64,000 nt of DNA from the human T2T-CHM13v2.0 reference genome, Homo sapiens: NCBI RefSeq assembly GCF_009914755.1, contig NC_060925.1, one strand, 5' to 3'. The notes beneath the pieces are model-generated. The model saw only the letters and a list, made by a program, of their open reading frames with translations. It was not told the DNA's origin and did not search any database. Within the stretch, counting starts at the first letter, position 1. Every line of letters starts with the position of its first letter. Positions 15,302-31,759 of this stretch are shown one piece after another. The position numbers were made by a program, and so were the translations under genes.

Positions 15302-16348
15302 GGATCAACTAAACAATTTGTCCTTGTGAGTCCCACCAGTGAAATTTCTTAATTGTGGTGGGTCAAATTCAAATTTTATTTTTTTAGTGGTTCTACTTTT
15401 GAGAAAATTTTTATTTCACCTCTCCCAATGGATAGATGTTTATTTCAAGATACATTGCAACCTATTGTCAACACTTCAAACCTGCCAATCATTGACTTCT
15501 TGAAGGAGTGTAATTTGTTATCTATGGCTCCTAAATGTTCCTCATATCACCAACCCTTACTGTGGGTGGTACAATGCCAGTATAATAAAGACAGCTATTC
15601 ATGGAAATTTATTCACTGCAATTGCCAATCAGCATGAGTCTGTCTTTGAAAGGATTATTTTTTCACAAAATCCAGCATTTCCCTGAATAAGTGGCTTCAT
15701 CTTCCCTTGTTATGGTCTATGGAAGTCACAGAGAGAGCAACTACTGCTGTTACTGGAATTTCAGTCCATACTATGGTCAGTGTCCACAATTTCTGTCACA
15801 AAGTATGCAAGCATTACTTTGAACTACATCCGATACAGCTTAGTGGTTTAGGTCATTACTTGCAAATCAGTGAGTCCTGTTTTAGCCACGAAATCAAGTG
15901 TCACTATAGCCATGCTCTGGAGAGAGAAATAATGGGCTTTTGGTATGGTGGATACACCCATCAGCCAGCTATTGGTTATTTGGAAATTTTTGGTGACTGT
16001 TCTGCCCAAACCTTGCCACCTATTTTGCAGTGCCTAGTTGAGCACAGTTCATATCATCTCTTGGCATACATACCCAAAACATCTAGTGCTATTGAAATAA
16101 ATGCAAAGCAAAGTGCAAGACCATGAGAGGAATTCGTCACAATGTGTTGGACTCGTATTTGGTCGAATTTATGTGGGATGATTGACTTGGAAATAATGTT
16201 TTCAATTCCCTTTTAGCGCATGTGTCAGAACAGTCTCCTGTTAAGTAACATTATGTTTGACTTTTGTTTTTAGTATATTTTAGTATAAATATCCAGGGAC
16301 AAATTTTTTGATTGAATACACCTGAGAGGCAAATTGTTCAACTCATCC
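15302..16348 (+). mobile_element. Merlin-superfamily DNA transposon (Merlin1_HS-like), nearly full length, defective
   Basis: TIRs GGATCAACTAAACAATTTG / reverse complement GGATGAGTTGAACAATTTG; degenerate 8-bp TSD atggaatt / atgaaagc; decayed ISXO2/IS1595-type transposase inside. Confidence 0.9.
15428..16248 (+). pseudogene. Decayed Merlin/IS1595-family DDE transposase
   Basis: N-terminal Cys-rich region, LQISES (consensus xEIDES), WAFGMVD, DCSAQTLPPIL, GIHTQNI*CY*, MRGIRHNVLDSYLVEFMW; several stops, frameshifts and an internal deletion. Confidence 0.88.
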
Positions 16349-17681
16349 ATGAAAGCATACAACATACTCTTTTTTGTCTGGCATCTTGCTTTCAGCATAA
16401 TTATTTGTGAGATTCATCCATTGTGTGAATCAATTATTCATTCCTTGTTATTGCTGAGTAGAATTCCATTATATGGATATACTGTGATTTGTTTGTCACT
16501 CATCTGTTGGTGCATATTTTAGGTGGTTTGTAGTTTCGGGCTTTCACAAATAACAGCATATAAGTGGATCCTGCTATTTTATCCAGTCTGACAATCTCTG
16601 CCTTAACTGGCTGTGTACTTAGAACATTTATATTTAATATGATTATTGGTATGATTGGGTTTAAATATGTTATTTGTTTTCTAATTGGCCCAACTGTACG
16701 TGTTCTTCTTTTTCTGGCACAATCATTGGCTCACTGTAGCCATGAACCCCTGGAGTCAAGCAGTCCTCCTGCCTCAGTCACCCAAGTAGCTAGGACTGTA
16801 GGCATGTGCCAACATGCCCAGCTATTTTTTTTTAATTTTTATTTTCTGTACAGATTTGAGGAAGGAAAAGGGGTATTGGAGGTTTAAGGAGAAAATGTGA
16901 ATTAGTTGTCTTGGAGAGTGAGCAAACACATTACTCTGGTAAATGTGCTAAGATTGTCAGGCAGTAATGAGGCCCCACTTGATGTTTGTCACTGTGAATA
17001 TAAAGACACATCAGCCAGCATGATTCTGGGTTTTTCTTCAGTCACTCTAAGTTCCCAGGTGCAGTTGCAAAATAGATGGGAAGCTTGGTTGTAAAGGGTT
17101 GGGATTTCGCCAGGACTTTGGTGTCCTTGGGAGGTAGCAACGTTTCATTTGGAGCTAGAATTTAAAGCAGACACTCAGAAGAGAAATTGGGGATATAGGC
17201 AGTTTGCTGATGACATACTGAGTTCAAGGAGGCAAAGTATAAGCTTTTCTCAAAGGTTCAGAGTAGTGGGAGACTGTCAGGTTAGAGAGTGGAAGGCATT
17301 CCATGGTGACTGAGGTAGTTAGGGGTATGGGCATGATTGGATTCCTCCTGATGGTTTCTTAGGGGAAAATGGTTATCATTTCTAATGATAATCTCTTTCT
17401 TGAGATTGATCTCATTCCTTCCATCAGCCCTACAGAGTCTGGCTGTGGCCTTCCCCATAGCTTCTATAACCTACTTCTTTTTCTGTCATTCTCCCCTCCT
17501 GTCATCCACTCTTGACTTCTTTGCTATTTCTTGAACATCCCAAATTTGTTCTTGTCTCAGTGCCTTTACCTTTACTTTTCTCTCTGCCTCTCAGCTCTAC
17601 TTTTGTCTGAGTCCTTCATATCATTCAGCTCTCTCATCAGACTTCACTTCCCTAGTTAGCACTCCCACACCAGTCTCTTAT

Positions 17682-17795
17682 TTCCTTTCTCCTTTTCTCC
17701 CTCTCCCTCCCTCCCTCTCTCTCTCTCTCCCTCTATCCCCCTCTCCCCCTCTCCCTCTCTCTCCCTCTTTCTGTTCTTTCTTCCTCTTCCTTTTC
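17682..17795. repeat. CT-rich low-complexity tract
   Basis: (CT)n/(CCT)n polypyrimidine run. Confidence 0.85.
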
Positions 17796-18582
17796 CCACA
17801 GCACTGTTCACTCCAGTTATGAGGATAGAGACTGTTCTTTTGTTCCCTACTGCTTCCCTCCTAAGACACTGCCTAGTGTGTAGTAGGTGTTCAATAAATA
17901 TTTGGATGAATATAAATGGCAAACTTCCCTAATGCCTTCAAAAGATAGACTGACTTTCAAATAAATTGATATAGACTTTTCAGTAATAGATGTTGCATGA
18001 AATGGCTTTTCATCACCATCTGGTTTTCTCCAACCAGAAGAAAAAGCTTCAGACATTAACATGTAGTGGAAAGCCCGTTTATAGAAGAAACCCAGGGCTG
18101 TTCTGACATTTATTCTGAAATGAGAATATTACTTAATTCACGGACTAAACGTTCTAAAAATAATAATTTCATAGATTAATAGTTTTGGGGGGTTCTTAGA
18201 GAATATGAGAATATTTTGACTTGTGCTTTTTATTTTGTAAATCAATTTGCAGTGGTCATTCTTCATTAGATACTGTTTAAAACATGGTTTTTGCCCGTAG
18301 GGAGCTCCTTGTGTTTGCTTGGGAAATAAAACTAAACATTGGAAAAGCACAGTGGCAATACAAGATGAAAGTCAAGGCAGTGAAAAAAGTTATTCCAAGG
18401 AGGAACACAGTGCTTTATGGAATCTAACTGGTGCCGAGTGTAATTGCTGACCCAGTTCAGTTTAAAGAAGTATACTGTGCGGCCCGTGAAATGGTGTCCC
18501 TCTTTAGTTCCTTAAAAACCACTCAAGGTCTCTGGGCCCATGGTGTGGCCCTATTATAATTCATATTTTGTTTTCATTGCAG

Positions 18583-18674
18583 TTGTCGGACAAGTAACCG
18601 CAAGAGCTTGATTGTGACCTCTAGCACATCACCTACACTACCACGGCCACACTCACCACTCCATGGCCACACAG
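18583..18674 (+). CDS. MAST2: MAST2 coding exon, 92 nt (phase 2 in, phase 1 out): [30 protein letters not shown]
   Basis: Acceptor ttttgttttcattgcag|TTGTCGG, donor CACAG|gtgagt; open frame recognised as MAST2. Confidence 0.96.
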
Positions 18675-19127
18675 GTGAGTGCTTGAAGGTTAAGAAAGGT
18701 TGAATGAAAGAGTGGCCACAGATGCCCAATTTCTTTCCTACTTCTCATGTTGTGCAGTTCCGTATATTACATTGTCACTTTACTTGGCTGACTGAAGCAG
18801 ACAGAGCTCATGGGCTTGCTTTCTGTACGAGAATGAGTTAGCCTGCTTTTGACTCTTAGTTGTTTCTTACCTTGTTCTCTCAACATTCCTTTTAGTCTTG
18901 TACATATCTTGGGGCCAGGTATGTGTCCTGGGTTTATGGCCTCTGTTCTAGTGTGTTCTAGTGTGTTACAGCTCCATTCGTCTTGGGTCATTTGATGAGG
19001 AGTCCACTAATATTTTGTACTACCGTGCCCAAGGATTAGGGCTCACAGAGAGGGTTTTTCGTCTAATGGGACTCCTGTTAACCTTCCTGCTCTTAGATTA
19101 GGAGATAACAAAAGCAAGAGGAGTATG

Positions 19128-19729
19128 TGTTTGTTTGTTTGTTTTTAAATAGAAACGAGGTCTCTCTATGTTGCCCAGGCTGGTCTTGAAATCCTAGGCT
19201 CGAGTGATCCTCCCACCTCATCCTCCAAAGTACTGGGATTATAGGTGTGAGCCACTGCACCCGGGTTGGAGTATTTGTTTCATAATGATACTGATATTAC
19301 ATACTGGAATTAAAGCAAATGACCTCATGGATTCAGGCTGCTCTAGCCCTGGAATATGGGCTCTTCCCGACAGTATAAGGACTGATTTACATGGCTCTGA
19401 AGAATAGATAAAAATTATGAGGCAGCTGGGCACAGTGGCTCCCGCCTGTAATCCCAGCACTTTGGGAAGCTGAGATGGGCCAATTGCTTGAGCTTAGGAG
19501 TTTGAGACCAGCCTGGGCAACATGGCAAAACCCCGTCTCTACAAAAAATACACAACTTAGCTGGACATGGTGGTGTACACATGTAGTTCCAGCTACTTGG
19601 GAGGCTGAGGTGGGAGCATCGCCTGATCACCTGAGCCCATGGAGGTTGAGATCATACCACTGCACTCCAGCCTGGGCAGCAACAGAATGAGACCCCATCT
19701 CAAAAAGAAAAAAAGAAAAGAAAAGAAAT
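19128..19729. mobile_element. Antisense Alu monomer (19128-19264) and sense Alu (19425-19729)
   Basis: Alu consensus similarity; inverted pair 0.5-1 kb downstream of the 92-nt exon. Confidence 0.85.
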
Positions 19730-20959
19730 ACGAGGCTTCCATTGATTCTGGCACATTGTCCTTCCCAGAGAGGGGCAGAAGAAAGACCTCATCGGAGTCA
19801 GCCATGTGCTTCTGTGTAGAAGGTATATTCTTGTATCCCAGGGGAACCAGGCCACGGGACTCAGCTTTGCTGAAAGGGCTGCAGCACTTCTGTGCAGTTC
19901 ATTGCTACACTCTTTATAATGGAAGATCTAAACCTACAGTTAGTGGCAATTGACAGACTTAGAACTGTTCAGAGCTTGCTGCCTGGGCATAGAAAGCCAT
20001 GGTCACTGTTGTCCTAAGCCTGGACCTTGTCTGTCTTTGGGCGTTAAAGCAGGATATCAAAGCAGTGAAATGGGTCAGCATCAAGCTGAGTAAGATGTGT
20101 ATATTCTCCATGAATTTGTTTCCTTGCTCACAGTTTACTGTCTTTGGAGGGAGAAAGTGAGGGTACATGTGGAGTATTTGAGGGTCCTGAGAGTCTGGTG
20201 ATTCTGAAACTGAACTTTGTCCTTGGGAGAAGGATCTCACCTTCTTTGGCTCAGATTCTCTTAGCCTAGAAGCCAGCCTTTTAGTGTGATGATGGCCCCT
20301 TTCCAAGAATCAGTAAATCTCTCAATCACAAGCTGTCACTTTAGAAGATACCACCAAGAGAACAGGGATCCCAGGGAACTGGAGACATACTTGACCTTTA
20401 AAGCAAAGCTCTCATTGTGCTTAGGTGCTTTCCTCTAAAAAAATTGACTGAAATTAGCTGGATTAGCTCAAACAGCACATCCTAGATTTTTAGAGAAACT
20501 CAGCATACATCTATCTGACCTGACCTTTTTATCATATAGGAATAAATTTAACATGTCTAGACCTTGTATATAGTTGCACAACTAATGTGAGTACTGAGCA
20601 GTAGTTACTACTGGCTGCTCTTCTCTAGATGATTATCTCTCTATTTAGATTCTCCACAGTTAGCATTTAGAACTAAATCTTCCTACTCAAGTGGATTTGA
20701 TTGAGAACACCACCTGGCCTTTTCAGCCTGCCTGGATCTGTAGACTCCAGCTTTGAGTTAATGTGTGTAACATGCTTAGTACTTTACAAATGTTAGCATC
20801 TGTATTATCTCTTAGCAAATCACTGCAGAAAATCTAGGGGGCAAGAATGGACATAAAAGCCCAGTTTGTGACTGTAGACTATACTTATCCAGCTGTTGAG
20901 ACAGGCAGCACTGATTGTTCCACGCAGATCCCACATGGCATTAGATTATATCCTCAAAT

Positions 20960-24814
<3,855 letters not shown>

Positions 24815-24914
24815 ATTCAGTATTAAATATCTACTACATAAGTAGGTTACAGTGTCAGTAATGTCAGTTCAGTAGGTACATACCCAGCCATTCGAGAAAT
24901 GGAAACTCCCTACC

Positions 24915-26566
<1,652 letters not shown>

Positions 26567-26567
26567 T

Positions 26568-26990
26568 TGCATATAACTTTTGACTGCCCCGAAATTTAAC
26601 TACTAATAGCCTGCTGTTGACCAGAAGCCTTACTGATAACATAGTTAATTAACACATAATTTGTATGTTTTATGTATTATATACGATACTCATAACAAAA
26701 TAAGCTAGAGAAAAGAAAATTTGTTAAGAAAATCACTGGAAGAGAAAATATACTTACTGTTCATTAATTGGAAGTGTATCATCATAAAGGTCTTCGCCTC
26801 ATCATCTTCACATTGAGTAGGCTGAGGAAGATTAAGGATTAGTCTTGCTATGTCAGGAGTGGCAGAGGCAGAAGAGGTGGAGGAGGTGGAAAGGGATGCA
26901 GGAGTGGCAGGCATACAACTTTTACTGAAAAAATTTGTGTATAAGTGAACCCGTACAGTTCAAACCTGTGTTGTTCAAAGGTCCACTGTA
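26568..26990. mobile_element. Tigger2a/MER8-like TcMar-Tigger element, one end missing
   Basis: Ends gttcaaacctgtgttgttcaaaggtccactgta with terminal TA. Confidence 0.75.
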
Positions 26991-27172
26991 ATCCAAATCA
27001 ACCTTCAAATACCACTATACCACTTTGCCTTATGATGGCAAAATACACCTAAATCCTCTCTTCAGTACCTTGTAATTTTGCTGTCATTCATTTCACTTAT
27101 ATATAAGCACATGTGTGTACGTGTGTGCATAATGTATGTAAAAGCATACCTAATCACATACATTGTTGCTGT

Positions 27173-27392
27173 TACAGATTAAGCACCCCCAGTCCAAAAA
27201 TCTGAAATCCAAAATGCAAAACTTTTTAAGCACCAACATGAACCTCACAGGAAATGCTTGTTGGAGCCTTTTAGATTTTGGGCTTTCAGATTTGGGATGT
27301 TCAGCTGGTTAGTATAATGCAAATATTTCAAAATCAGAAAACAAATTTGAAATTTAAAACACTTCTGGTCTGATAAGGGATACTTATCCTAT
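27173..27392. mobile_element. Tigger4/MER46-like MITE
   Basis: tacagattaagcacccc...aaaatctgaaatccaaaatgc...gataagggatacttatcctata. Confidence 0.7.
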
Positions 27393-28547
27393 ATTATGTT
27401 GAACAGACTTATCTATTAGACAAATTAAGAATAAGAAAAACAAGTTTTTAGTTTACCTTCATCACTTCTCCAGTGTGCTTGCTTGTTTCATGTAGAGTTC
27501 ACTTTCTCCCCTATATAATTTTCTCTCTGAACAACTTCTTTTAACATTTCTTGCAAGGCAGATCTACTGCTATAGAATCCCCCATTTTTTGTTAGGGAAA
27601 ATCTTTATTTCTTCTTCACCTTTGAAGTATAATTTCACAGGGTACAGAATTTTAGGTTGCTTGCTTGGTTTTTTTGTTGTTTTTTTTTTTTGTCTCTCAA
27701 CAGTTTTAATATTTCACTCCACTATCTTCTTGCTTGTGCGGTTTGTGAGAAGTTGGATGTAATTCTTGTCTTCGCTCCTCTGAAGATAAGGTGTTTTTTC
27801 CCTCTGGCTTCTTTCAGATTTTTGTGTACCTTTGGTTTTCTATAGTTTGAGTATGATATGTCTAAGTGCAGTTTTTTTCTGAATTTATCCTGCTTGGTAT
27901 TTTCTGAGTTTCCTGAATTTATGGCTTTGTGTCTGACTTTAATTTGGGGAAATTTTATGTCATTATTGCTTCAAATAATTCCCTTCCTTTCTCTCTTTTT
28001 CTTCTTGTATTACTGCTGCATACGTATCACACCTTTTGTAATTGTCTCACAGTTCTCGGATGTTCTGGTGTTGGTTTTTTTTTTTTCGGTCCTTTTTTCT
28101 TTGCTTTTTAGTTTTGGAAGTTTCTGTTATCATATCCTCAAGATCAAAGATTATTTCCCCAGCAGTGTTCAGTCTATTAATGAGCCCATCAAAGGCATTC
28201 TTCAGTTCTGTTACAGTGATCTTTAACATTTTCTTTTGATTCTTCCTTAGAATTTCTATTTATATTATCCATCTGTTCTTGCGTGTTGTCTACTTTTCCC
28301 ATTAAAGTGCTTAGCATAATTAATCATCGTTTTGAAAAATTCCTAGTCTGATCATTGCAACATTCCTGTCATATCTGACTCTGGTTCTGATGCTTTTTCT
28401 GTCTCCTCAAACTATTTTTTGCTTTTTAGTGAGCTTTGTAATTTTTTTGTTAAAAGGTGGACGAGATGAACTGAGTAAAAGTAGCTGTGATAAATAGGCC
28501 TTTAGTAATGTATTGGTAAGGTGTAGGGGAGGAGAAGTGTTCCATAG

Positions 28548-29081
28548 CAGGGATCCGCAACCCCTGGGCCACGGACCGGTACTTCTCATGGCCTGTTAGA
28601 AACCAGGCCACACAGTAGGAGGTAAGCGTCAGACAATCAAGTGAAGCTACATTTGTATTTACAGCCGCTCCTTATCACTCACATTACCGCCTGAGCTCTG
28701 CCTCCTGTCAGATCAGCTGCAGCATTTAGATTCTCATAGGACCATGAACCCTGTTGTGAACTGTGCATACAAGGGATCTAGGTTGCACACTTCTTATTAG
28801 AATCTAATGCCTGATGATCTGTCACTGTCTCCCATGACCCCCAGATAGGACCATCTAGTTGCAGGAAAACAAGTTCAGGGCTCCCACTGATTCTATATTA
28901 TGGTGAGCTGTATAATTATTTCATTATACATCACAGTGTAATAATAATAGAAACAAAGTACACAATAAATGTAATGTGCTTGAATTATCCTGTAAACCCC
29001 TTGCCTCCCCACTTCCTGGTCCATGGAAAAATTATCTGCCATGAAAACAGTCCCTGGTGCCAAAAAGGTTGGGGAATGCTG
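28548..29081 (+). mobile_element. MER1A (hAT-Charlie), full length
   Basis: CAG...CTG termini; 8-bp TSD ttccatag / ttctatag (28540-28547, 29082-29089). Confidence 0.88.
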
Positions 29082-29580
29082 TTCTATAGTCTTGTGACTA
29101 GGTCTCAGTCTTTTGATGAGCCTTTGTCCCTGGACTGTGAACTTCTCCAGTGCTTCTCAGTATTTCCCCCACACCATAGCTGGGACAGGATGGTTCTTGG
29201 CTGCTGGAATTGGGTATTTCTTCCCCCAAGTAGAGCTGGCATTGATGAAATCCCAGCAAGTTAGATGCAAACAAAATAGTTTCTCCCAAGGACAGGCTTG
29301 TTAAGAACAGAATGCTCCGGCGCGTATCAAAACAGTTCCTTTTCCCTCCTCCTGCTGGAATCATGAGATTTTCTTCAGTAATCACTGTGAGGATCCAGTA
29401 AGGCTCCTTTGGATAAAACTTACAAAAATTTGGGAGCCCCCCCATGACTAGATCCCCCTGGAGTTTTTAACTCTCAGCATAATCCACACTGAGCTTCCAG
29501 CAATTCCTCAGTTACAGTTCAGGTCTTCCTGCCCTGGCACTGGTTGCTATGGAGGTTTCTGCTTAAGAATTTCTGCTCCT

Positions 29581-29984
<404 letters not shown>

Positions 29985-30177
29985 CTAAGAAGTGTTTTTT
30001 TTTTTTTTTTTCTCCTCCAGTTTGTTCAGCTTTTTACTTGTTAAAACAGAGTGGCAACTCCTAAGCTCTTTACATGCCAGGCCAGAACTGGAAGTCAGTT
30101 TATTTATTTTTATAACTTGTAGAGTATTTCATTGTATAACTGTACCACAATGTATTCATTTTCTTATTGGTGAATAT

Positions 30178-30924
30178 TGCATCAGTCTAGGCCCAATCAG
30201 GAGACAGATAACAGACAAGCGATTTTAAAAAGTTTTAATAAAAGTAATACAAACTATGACAATAAGAGCCTAACTTCCATAGGCTACCATAGAGCTGAAG
30301 GAGAGTTCTCAAGGAAGAACTAACTTGGAAGGAGGATTCTCTAGGCTGGATTCAGGACTTGTTGTAGTTGCAGCCCACTGGATGTAGTTGCAGCCCACTG
30401 GATGGCAGAGATGTTTTCTGGTTTGCCCAGACCAAAGCTGGTCCACAGTTACTCAGCAATCAGGGAATAGCCCTCTGGAGCACAGGTGAGTCTCAGCCAG
30501 TGGTCAGGCCTAGAGAGAGAAAGTAGAGGTGCTGCTGTGAGCACTTTGTGTCCTCAGGAAGGACGTGAAAGACAAATCCTGGGGGTCGGGGTGTTGAGCA
30601 AGCAAACAGAGAGAGTCAGTGGGGACAGGCCTGGAGCACACAGTATCTTTGTAGGTAAGGCTGTGGAAAGGTGTCTGTGTGATTGGGGCAGAGCAACCCA
30701 CATATCCACGTTCCCCCACCACTGACTGATAATGCAGTTGCTAGAATTAGCACCAAGAGCCTGTTCTTTCTGCAGTGTGCCTCCAATACCCTCTACTGAG
30801 AAAGTTTAACATCATGCTCACTGTAGAGGATAGATGATGCTTAAAGGAATTCTCTTCTTTATCTCAGAGCAGGTATTGAAGGATTAATTTGAAGCTTAGT
30901 GGCATTAAATTGATAACCAGCATA
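30178..30924 (-). mobile_element. Old solo LTR (LTR41/LTR78-like) inserted in an L1M 3' fragment
   Basis: Ends tgcatcagtctaggcccaatcaggagacag and ggcattaaattgataaccagcata; internal 20-bp tandem duplication near 30363-30402; subfamily uncertain. Confidence 0.6.
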
Positions 30925-31289
30925 GACATTTAGATTGTTTATACTTTTCCACTATTATAGTCATCAATGCTACAGAAACATCCTTCTTCATATTCTTTTT
31001 GTATATATGTACACAGACTTTTTCTGGCATATATATGGAGGCATGGAATTGATAAGTCTTGGAATAAACTGTATAAATTTTTAGGAGTAGGATCAATAGG
31101 TCAGGAGGCATGCATATTTTAATGTTGTTTGTTACATATCATCTAATTGATTTTACATGAGTATTCTGGAACTAAGAGTGTGCCTTCCATAAAAGCATTC
31201 AGTCCCTATCATTCAAGGTCAAGCTCAAGCCCTAGTGTCAAGCAGGAAGATCCAGCTGCCAATTCCAGGTGAGGACTCCTGCTGCATGG

Positions 31290-31740
31290 AAGATGACTAA
31301 GATCGTAATAATGCCAGCCGTCAGTAGGAGTCCACAGACCTCGGCCCACTGCATCTTCTTTGGGTTTGAAGCTGTCAAGGAGGACTCAACATTCAGCACA
31401 CTGGTTGGAACAGCATTTCACTCACAGAAAGGACAGATACAACAAGATCAGAGTCTGTGATGTGCACCAGTGGCAAAGATCCCATTCCATCCTGTGGTGG
31501 GCAGATACACTGGTGGGGCTGGCCGTGTGCCACATGCCACACACACTTAAGCAATACAAAGAAGTTTACTCCATACCCAGAAGAGGGGAAAAGTTTCTGC
31601 TAATAAGGAAGAAGAATCTGTGGCCAAGTGACAGCTTGCCACACAGCTTCCTTATGAGGGAAAGTTTTAGACCCAGGCCACTAATTGGGTAGTCTTGGAG
31701 AGGGGTGGCAGGTCATGTGACGGCTACATCCCTTACAGCC
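31290..31740 (-). mobile_element. Probable ancient LTR fragment
   Basis: General LTR-like composition; family not securely recognised. Confidence 0.3.
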
Positions 31741-31759
31741 AGTAATCCATCCCTCTTTA

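Larger units (their letters stand above)
15085..16565 (-). mobile_element. Old L1M 3' region hosting the Merlin insertion
   Basis: Typical L1M 3' text (tataaatggaat...catacaacatactcttttt...gtctggc) is continuous across the Merlin once it is removed. Confidence 0.75.

Noticed and set aside
15353-16126. IS-like transposase ORFs as bacterial contamination or a functional domesticated gene
   Set aside because: Embedded in a mammalian L1 with a TSD, and carries stops, frameshifts and lost catalytic residues; it is a decayed genomic transposon.
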